A stretch of DNA of 64,000 nt from Cyanophora paradoxa CCMP329 (Eukaryota; Plantae; Glaucophyta): positions 1 to 64,000 of the forward strand of contig QPMI01000040.1 in NCBI GenBank assembly GCA_004431415.1, given 5' to 3'. Shown here piece after piece: positions 47,441 through 64,000 of the stretch. The notes under the pieces are model-generated. The model made no database searches. It had not been told where the DNA came from and saw only the letters and a program-made list of their open reading frames with translations. Both the position numbers and the translations under genes were made by a program. Positions within the stretch are counted from its first letter, which is position 1, and the number at the start of each line of letters is the position of its first letter.

Positions 47441-47521
47441 CGTGTGCCAGGGTATAGGTCATTCGGCGAGCGGCCCGCGAGCTCATCGGCTCGGGCGCTG
47501 CAAACGCTGCCGCTTGCCGCG

Positions 47522-55488
<7,967 letters not shown>

Positions 55489-56028
55489 CCGTACCCCCCG
55501 CCGCTATAGCCAGCACCCTCTCTCCCGAAGCGTACCCCTCGATCTTCTCGCCGTTCCTTTCGATCCGCCCCTTCATCGCTCCCCTCCAGGCCTCTACCCC
55601 TCCCGCCCCTCGTCGCATTCACTCCCCCCCTGCCCCTTCTGTCCCCGGAGTCTGTCCAAGACGCACCTTTTTGGCCTCTGCTTCCGCTTGCTGCTGCCCA
55701 ACCGATTAAGGGGAGATCCATGCCCGCAAACGGTCTAACAATTTTTGCAATCGAAGGAATGAATTCATGCTATGTACAATGGCAGATGAGCGTGCCGAAC
55801 TTCGGAATGAGCCTGACGATGTCCACGCGGGGCGATGAAGCGGGGCGGGGCTGCCGAGCGAGCCCCCGCAGAGGGGCCGCCCTAGTATATAGGGGCTATG
55901 GTACAAGGCGGCCACGAGGGGGCACGCCCCCGGCGGCGCGGCCGCGGCGGCTTTGCAGTTGCCGCGGCGACAGATCGAACTCGAACCTACGTATACCATG
56001 CTAAGGGCCACTGACTTGCAAAAACCAG

Positions 56029-56340
56029 GTGGCCGCCAACCGTCCAGGTAGGCCTCCAAGCGATCGCGAGATGCAGATGAGACCGAGCAAATTTAAAGCG
56101 AGCGGAAACGTGGACAGACTGGAGTCCGTGTAGGCCTCCGAAAGAAGAGGAGACCGAACCATGCATGGCCAGAAGCGATAGCGGGAACTATGTACAAGGA
56201 AACCGTTGAAACCGTTTTAACTGCAGAAGAGACATGTGGCCGCCAACCGTCCAGGTAGGCCTCAAAGCGAGATATCGATGCACTATCACGCACATGAGAC
56301 CGAGAAAGAAGCGAGTGGAGACGGAACTATGTACAAGGAA
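56029..56340. repeat. Degenerate intergenic direct repeats
   Basis: GTGGCCGCCAACCGTCCAGGTAGGCCTC at ~56029 and ~56236; GGAACTATGTACAAGGAA at ~56184 and ~56323. Confidence 0.7.
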
Positions 56341-56560
56341 GCGATGTCGAATGCCAGGACGAGTACAAGACGACTGCCGAAGTATCTACAAGACAATGTC
56401 CCTTTAGGCCTCCGAGCGGATACATGCGAGGCCCAGCAAGAAGCCAGCGGGAGAAACAAGGGGCTCAACGGGGCCCTCGGAAACGGAACGATTCGCAGCG
56501 GGCGGGCAGATCGCGCGGCGGCTCGCAGCCGCGCGGTGGGCGGGGCGCGGCGGGCCGCGC

Positions 56561-59500
56561 TCACTGCCCCCCGGCGGCCGCGGGGCGGGGGGGCCGGGGA
56601 GGCGGCGCGGGTCTGCCGGGCCGGCGGGCGGCGCAGCGGCGCGGAGGAGCCGGAGGCCTGCGGCGGGGCGCTGGCCCCGCCGGCGGCGGCCGGCCGCGGG
56701 CGGCGGCGCGGGAGGTGGGGCCAGGGGACGGGGTGTGGCGGGGCGGCTGCGATGCGAGCGCCGGCCCCTCCGCCGTGATGTAGGCGTAGGTGCGGTGCGG
56801 GGCCGGCGGCAGGTTCGGCCACTGCTCCCCGACGATGTGCGCCGGCGGGTTGGCCTCCGGGCGGGGAGGGCGCCGCGTCGGCTGGGCCGGCAGGGCGACG
56901 TTGTGGAGCAGCTGCGGCCCCGCGTAGCGCCGCACGATCCGCGCCTCGTCCTCCCGCTTGCGCTTCTCCTCCGCCGCCGCCCGCCGCTTCTCCTCCGCCG
57001 CCGCCTGCGCGGCGGAGGGGCGCCGCGGGGCGGTCGCCGGCGCGGCGGCGGCCTCGCGGCGGCGCTTCTCCAGGAAGTACTGTATGGCGCGCTCCTCCTT
57101 TAGGGCCTTCTCCACGCGGCGCTTCCGCACGGCCTCCTTCTGCTTCGCGTACGCCACGCGCATCGCGTCGGCGGTCTTCTGCGCCAGCACCGCCTCCCGC
57201 GAGGGGACGACGTTGGGCGGGTGCGCCCGCGGCGTCGCCGGCGTCGGCTGCTGCATCTCGTAGCGCTCCCGCTCCGTCGGCGGCGCCGGCCGCGACCGGC
57301 CGCCGGGCTGCCCCGGGGCCGGTGCCGAGGCGGCGAGCGTGAGCATCTCGAGCATGAACCTGGGACGGGCTCGGGTCGGGGCGGGCGGCGCGGCGAGGCT
57401 CGGGGGCGGGGGCCGGGGGCGCACGGGTAGAGGTAGTCCTCGTCGGTGCCTTGCTCGACGATCTCGGCGTCGATGTCGGGCGGGCCGTAGCTGACGCCGC
57501 GCCCGCCGGCGCTCCGCGGGCCCCCGATGGCGCAGCCGCGGGGCCCCGCGTTGCGGTAGAAGGTGACCCAGTAGGGCGTCCAGCGCCCCCCCTCCTCCGG
57601 GTACGGGACCACCTGCTCCGCCCCGGGCTCCCCCTTGCACCATGCGACCACCCTGCGCGGCGGGCTCGGCGCGCGCGCGCGCGCGGCTCGGCTCGGCGGG
57701 GCGGGCGGACCGGGCAGTCTCGAGGTACCCGGGGCCGGCGTGGCGCACGGCGCCGGTCTCCTCGTTGACTTTGATGGCGTGCGGGGGCATCGCCGCGAGG
57801 TACTCGCCGCTGCCCTCGACGCCGTAGAAGAGGTAGAGGGTGCCGAGCTTCAGCGCGGCCACGGCCTCTGGGTCGAAGCCAAGGGCCGCCGGCACGGCGC
57901 AGAAGCTGTTCGGCACGTAGCCGGCCGGGGCGCGCCCCGGCCCGCCCAGCTCGACGGGCGCCGAGGGCGGGGGGAACGGGAAGCCCTCCGGCCTGCGGCG
58001 GGGCTTCGGAGGGGGCGGGGCGGGGGCGGGGCGGGGCGGGGCGGGGCGGGGGCGGGGACGGACCAGCCTCAGGGAGGCGCTTGACGTCGGGCGGCCGCGG
58101 GGTGACCCGCGCGACTTCGAAGCCACGCTCGTCGTGGATGACGACCTGCGCGCGGCGCCCCCGCTCGCCCCGGCGGCAGGCGGTCGGGGCGCCGGGAGCG
58201 GCGCACCGTCTCGCGGAGGGCGTAGCCGGCGCTCTTGGCCGCGGCGAGCTGCTCGAGCTCGAGCCGGCGCTGCTCCACCGACGAGACGGGAGCGGCGGCG
58301 GCGGCGGCGGCGGCGCGGGCGGCGCGGGCGGCGAGGACGGGCGGCCCGCGGGCGTAGGCGTCCCAGTCGCGGGCGGCGATCTCCTCCTTGCGCGCCTCGA
58401 GCCATTCGGCGATGTTGGCGAGCTCGGCGGTGCGCCGGCGCGGAGGGCGGTGCGGGCGCCCTCGCGCCCCTCCCAGCGCTGGTGCGCCCTCCGCTCGTGC
58501 CGCCGCACCTGCTTCATGCTCTCCCTGAACCCCGCCGCCGCCCGCACCACTGCGCGGCGCGCGCGGCGTCGGCGGCTCGGCGCGGGGCGGCGCGCGCGGG
58601 CGGGGGCGGCTCGCGGGGCGCGCCTCGTGCCACTGCTGGACGACGGGGCGGGTCTCGTTCCACTCGGCGAGCGTGGTGCGGCCCACGAAGCAGAGACTCT
58701 CGATGTACGCCTTTGCCTCCAGCCCCGGGCACCCCGCCTGCGCCCCCGCGGCTCGAGGCGGGGCGGGGCGGGTGGGGCGGGGCGGGGCGGGCGGGGCGGA
58801 CGATGACGGCCTCGCGGTGGCGGGAGGCGACCTGAAGGACTGACATCATGTCGCCGGTGCGGCTGAGGCGGTCCAGGGCGTTCGCGTGGAGGATGACGCG
58901 GCGCGCGTGCTCGTCCCACGCCCGCTTGCGCGCCGCGTCCCACGGCAGGCCGGCGTCGTACAGCTCGAGGTGGCGCGCGTAGAGGCGCAGCGCGGGACGC
59001 CGGCAGCTGCGCCGGCGTCACGGGCGGGCGGGGCGGCGGGGCGGGGCGGGGCGGGGCGGGCCTGCTTGAGGAGGGGCCGGGGGTCGATGAGGAGCTCCTC
59101 GTCCTTGAGGGACCGCACGAGCGCGCCCGTCTCCGCCTCCGTCCGCGCGCTGCCCGCCCCCCGTCAGAGGCGGCCGCCCCGGGCCGGGGGAGGGCGGGCG
59201 GGGCGGGAGCACAAGAGGCCGAAGAAGGGACGGCCGAGGACGTCGCGGGCGGCGCGGAGCTGGGCGTTGGCGGGGCGGCCCGGGGGCGCCACGTTGGCGA
59301 ACTGCGCGAAGCCGCCGCCGAGGGCGTCCCCGCCGCCGTCGATGAAGGTCAGGTCCTGCTCCCACGCGTACGGCTTGTCCTCCCCCAGGACCTCCAGGTT
59401 GCGCAGGACGCTGCGGCGCCCTCGGCTCGGCGGGGCGGGGCGGGGGCGGGGGCGGGGGCGGGGCGGGGCGGGCACCCGAAGGCGACGTGGTGGTTGGCGG

Positions 59501-62500
59501 CGCCGAGGCGGCGGCGGCCTCGTCGGGGCTGAGGGGCGGCCGCTGGCGGGGGAGACGGCGGGGTTGGGCCACCAGCCGGCCAGCAGCTGCCCCGGGAGGA
59601 GGACCTCCCCCGCGAGGAAGAGCCCCAGGCCCGCCCCCGCCACCGTCGACGGCCGCACCTGCGCCCCCGCCGCTCAGCGGCTTAGCCTGGCCGCGCGGGG
59701 CGGCGCGGGGCGGGCGGGGCGGGCCTGGACGTCGAAGAAGGTGTGCGGCTCGATGTGCGTCTCAGTGTACACGCGCTCTGCGCCCCCGCCCGTCACGCCG
59801 GCGGGGCGGGGCGGGCGGGGGCGGGGGGACCGGAGAGGACGAGGCGGCCGGCGTCGGCCTCGTCGAGCCAGCGGCGGCGGAGGAAGGAGCGGAGGGAGAC
59901 TGGGCGCACGGCCCCCGCCCAGAACCCGTCGCAGGGGAGCGGGGCGCCCGCCGCGATGGGCCGCCCGCGGGCGACGCAGGTGCGGCAGCGTGCCTCGCCC
60001 CAGCGCAGGTGGTCCCACGGGCGCTCCGGCGGCCGCCCCTGCGCGTCGACGACGCCGGCGCACCAGAGGCAGAGCGGCTTGTGCTGCCCCACGCGGCAGT
60101 AGGCGAAGATCTCGCCGGGCAGGAACGTCCTCCAGCAGTCCCCGCAGTGCTGCGCCGGGGGTGAGGGCCGGGCCGGGGCTGGCGGGGCGGGGCGGGGCGG
60201 GGCGGGCGCGCGTGGTGGCTGGAGTGCGGGGGGAACTCCTCTTCCTTCTTCGCCTCCTCCTCCTCCGACCCGTCGTCGTACATCCTGTACCCCGCCCGTC
60301 AGGCCGGGGGCGGGGCGGGGCGGGGCGGGGGGCACTTGGGCCCGGCGAAGGTGTAGCCCTGCCAGCCGGCGCCGGCGGCCCAGCCGCCGCTGGGGTCGCC
60401 GGCGGCGGCGCGCCCGCCGCGTGCGACCTTGGTGAGGCTCCCGAAGAGGTCGGGGCGCACGGGGCGGGGCACGGGGGGAAGCGGGCGGCGCGGAGGGCGG
60501 CGCGCCCCGCGGGGTGCGGGGGTCCGGCCCCGCGGGCACGCCCTCGTCGGCGCGGCCGCGGAGGGCGCGGCGGGCGGCGTCGACGGCGGCGCGCATGACG
60601 GCGTCCTGCAGGGCGGGCGAGAACTCCTCAAAAGGACGCCCCGCGGCGGCCCGCAGCTCGGCCTCGTGCTGCGGGCTCAGGCGCCAGCCCGGCTCCGGCG
60701 CCGCCTCGTACTCGTACTCGTCCGTCCGCTGGCCCCGCCCCGTCAGAGGCCGCGGGCGGGGCGGGGCCGCCCGAGCCGCGCGGGGCGGGCGGGGCGGGCC
60801 TGGAGTCCTCGGTGTACTTGAGGCGGAGGAGGCGGGCGAGGCGGCGGCGCTCGGCGCGGCGCCAGCGGCGCACGGCCTTGGCCTCCTCGAGCACCGCCGC
60901 CTCCTCGGGCGTCGCCGGCACCGGGTCCAGCCGGGGGCGGCCCTCCTCGTCCGAGCTGCCCCCGCCGTACCCCCCTCAGCGGGCGGGGGGGGGGGACGCG
61001 GGGGGTACGGGCGGGCCTGGGGCCGGAGAGGCCGACGAAGAACTCGGGATACAGGCCGCCGTGCCGGAGGAGGGCCTTGACGCCCTCGGGGAGCGTCGGG
61101 CCCGTAAGTCCCTCCGGGTCAAGGTGCCGCGGCAGCTTCTTCTCCTTCCCCTTCCCCTTCTGCTTCTCCTTCTTCTTCTTCTTCTGCCGCTCGCCCTCCC
61201 CGCCCGAGCCCGCGGCCGCCCCCTCCTCCTCCGCTGGCGCCGCCGCCGGCGGCTCGGCGCCGGCCGCCGGCGCCTCGCGCGAGCTCAGACCGGCCGCGCC
61301 AGCCGGCTCCGCCCCGGCCTGCGGGCCGCCGGGGACTCCGCCCCGGCCTGCGGGCCGCCGGGGGACTCCGCGCCGGCCTGGGGGCCGCCGGAGGACCCGG
61401 CGTCCGCCCCGCCGTCCTGCCCGCCCCGCCGCCGCCGCCGCCGCTGCTTCCCCCAGCCGCGCCCGAGCTGCTGCCGCCGCCCGCCGCGCTCGAGTCTCCG
61501 CCGCCGCCTGCACCTCCGCCTGCGCCTCCGCCGGCGCCGGGCCCCGGGGAGGCGGGCCGGGCGGCCCCCCGCCCCGCCTCCGCCCCCGCCGCCGCCCCGG
61601 CGGGCGCGCGGCGGCGGGGCGGCGGGGCGGGCGGCCGGCGGCGCGGGCCTCGGCATGCGGCGGAGGACCTCCTCGACGTCCTGCGCCGCCCGCCCCTCGG
61701 CGCCCCGCGGGGCCGGGGAGGGGGGGCGGGCGGGGCGCACGACGGGGGTGAAGCCCGGCCGCTCGAGGCGCGCCCCGCCCGTCATCAGCTCCAGCCACTC
61801 CTGCCCCCGCACCCCTCAGAGGCGCCGGGGCGAAGGCGGGCGGGACGGGGCGGGGCGGGGCGGGCCCGTTCGGACTGGGGCAGGGGCCGGGCGGGGGCGG
61901 GGCGGAGGTCGCGCCAGTCGACGTCGTAGCGTTCGGTCTTCCAGAGCCACCCGAAGGGCTCCTCGAGCTCGCGCGCCGCCGCCGCCGCGCGCGCCGCGTC
62001 CTCGCGCTCGCGGCGGTCGAGGACCTCGTCGAGGGGCGGGGGCGGGCGCGGGCGGATCCCGCCGCTCTCGAGCTCCCGCAGCTCCTCCGCCGTGAGGCCG
62101 CGCCTCCGCAGCGCCCGCTCCACCGCCGCCGCCTCCGCCTCCGTCCGCGGCACCAGCGGGTCGACGTCGGAGGCCGAGGAGGCGGGGGCAGGGGCGGGGG
62201 CGGCCCCGGGGCGGAGCTCGAAGAGGAGGAGGCGGCGGGGGCCGGGGCGCCGCCCGTGAAGACGAACGGGGGCGGGGCGGGGCCGCCGGGGACGCCCGGC
62301 GAGCTCGAGGAGGCGGGGGCGGGGGCGGGGCGGGCCCCGGGTCGGAGAAGGCGAAGGGGGACGGGGCGCCCGCGCCCGAGGAGGAGGCGGACGCGGGGGC
62401 CGGCGGGGCGGGGCCGGCGGGGCGGGCGGGCCTCCCGGGGCCTGCGGGGCGGCCCCCGCGCGGAGGGCGAGGCGGGCGCGCAGCTTCCGGTCCGCCGCGC

Positions 62501-64000
62501 GCTCCGCCACCGACTCCCACAGCCCCTTCTCCGCGCTGCGCGCCGCCGGTCAGCCCGGGGCCGGCGGGCGGGAGGGGTGCGGGCGCGCTTGAACTCGAGC
62601 TCGTCGGCGGTGCCGGCCTCGTCGTCGGTGCCCTCGTAGGTGGGGCGCATGTACCCGTCGAGGCCGAGGTGGGGGTTCAGCGCAGGGTCCAGCAGGGCGG
62701 GGTCCCTGTCCGGCGGGAAGGCCGAGCCCGCGGAGCCCGAGGAAGCCGAGGAGGAGGACGAGGGGGAGGAGGAGGAGGAGGAGGAGGAGGCGGAAGAGGA
62801 GCTCGAGCTGCGGATTCGCTCAGAGGCACGCGCGGCGCGGCGCGCGGCGCGGCGCGGGGCGGCACCTGCGGCCCTCCTCCTCCTCCTCCTCCTCCTCGCC
62901 CTCCCCCTCCTCCCCGCCGGTCTCTCCCTCGCCCTCGCCGCTGCCACCCTCGGCGCTGCTGCCCTCCTCGCTCTCGCTCGCCCACGCGCCGCTCTCCTCG
63001 CCGCTCGAGGGGACCGGCGTAAGGTCGCCCCGCGCCGCCCGCTCCAGCTCCTCCTCCTCCTCCTGCCGCCGCCGCGCCGCCTCCGCCCGCGCCCGCATCT
63101 CCGCCCGCTCCTCCTCCGTCTGCGCCAGCTGCTCCCGCGAAAGGCCTTGACACGGGGCCGTGTGCACCACGTCGAAGAAGGTCCCCCACTTGCTCGTGTC
63201 TGCGGGGATGTGAGGGAAGGAAGGAAGGGGGGATGAAGGAAGGAGGGGGCGCGCCGATGCCGAGCTCGTCCGCGATGCTCTTGAGGGGGGCCTTCTGATT
63301 TCTGATGGGGCACAGCGATCGGCTTTTCTTGGGATTCTCTTTGTTGAGCCAGCTGAATCCGCGGGGCTTGAGGAAGGCGTCGGGGTCGGCCTCGAAGCGC
63401 GGGTGCGCGCGGATCTCCTTCCAGAGCCCGAGCAAGTTCCGCAGCGCAGCTGCTTGCGTCTCGTCATGGTCACTTGCACATCAGCTACTGGCTCGCACGC
63501 ACCTCTAATGGCGTCCGCTCCCGTGAGGCCCGTCTGGCCCGTGCCCGCCGCGCGCGCGCCCGTCATTGCCGGCGGGATCAGCTCGTCTGCGGCGCGGGCT
63601 CGGCGTCGGCTCCGATATCGGTCTCGGGGTGCGGGATCGGCATCGGACCTACGGTCACCTCCCCCGCCTCGATGCGCGCGAGGTCGGGCTCGAGGCGGGC
63701 GCCTGCGACGCGATCAAAGCGACGCGGGCGCGCGGGGCGGGAAAGACGCACGGACGGCGAGGAAGTCGGCGATTTCGAGCAGAGCTGGAAGGCTTTTTAC
63801 CTGCGATACATTCTGCTGTGTTAAGTGTCCTAAGAACCGCTTCTTGACCTCGGCCTCGCGCTCCTGGTACTCCTTCGCCCTCGCCAGCGCCCGCCGGAGG
63901 TAGGAAATCTTCTGTTTGTTGATCTGCGACTGCGTCCCTGCGTGCGCTGCATTGAGACGTCCTTCACCAACATCGTCCAGCGATCAGCGCGCGCACTCTG
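56561..64000 (-). CDS. Large multi-exon protein with Cys-rich zinc finger and divergent SET-like domain (5' end at or beyond the window edge; may be more than one gene)
   Basis: HCGDCWRTF...YCRVGQHKPLCLWC...RCRTC; VRPSTVAGAGLGLF...FIDG...FAQFANV...NAQL...VRSLKDEELLID; acidic E-rich and K-rich tracts. Confidence 0.5.

Noticed and set aside
56286-63313. Very long Arg/Pro/Ala-rich ORFs (911, 856, 570 aa) in the ORF track
   Set aside because: Artefacts of extreme GC content reading through introns or antisense; real coding is spliced and switches frames.

Overview
GC-rich, intron-dense eukaryotic nuclear DNA. Short GT/GC-AG introns, a canonical-Cys phytochrome with a single PAS and a hybrid kinase, and a Phe-bearing transit-like peptide suggest an alga, possibly a glaucophyte (inference). 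The first ~11.9 kb is a virus-like, mostly intronless and frameshift-ridden island. It contains a 210-bp-period direct repeat, tightly packed small ORFs (several with one hydrophobic segment) sharing an upstream TTTTC motif, and a herpesvirus UL9/origin-binding-protein-like SF2 helicase. The helicase is bracketed by inverted copies of a 50-bp AT-cored imperfect palindrome. A 5x89-bp tandem array of the same palindrome abuts the stop codon of a YqaJ (lambda-exonuclease-like) gene, followed by a tandem paralog pair. Together these look like an initiator + cognate origin + exonuclease replication/recombination module; no capsid, polymerase or integrase is visible in the window. The host region holds two MITEs (8-bp TSD hAT-like; TTAA-flanked), a His/Pro-rich hypothetical gene, a large DUF4062-NACHT-TPR-AIG1/GIMAP-PIN-CCCH NLR-like gene, a PAS-GAF-PHY-PAS-HisKA-HATPase-REC-HPt phytochrome, a PP2C, a DUF2993-like gene head-to-head with RPB2, and a large minus-strand zinc-finger/SET-like gene. 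All domain calls are by-eye motif recognition; no database searches were run, and exon boundaries and starts are approximate.
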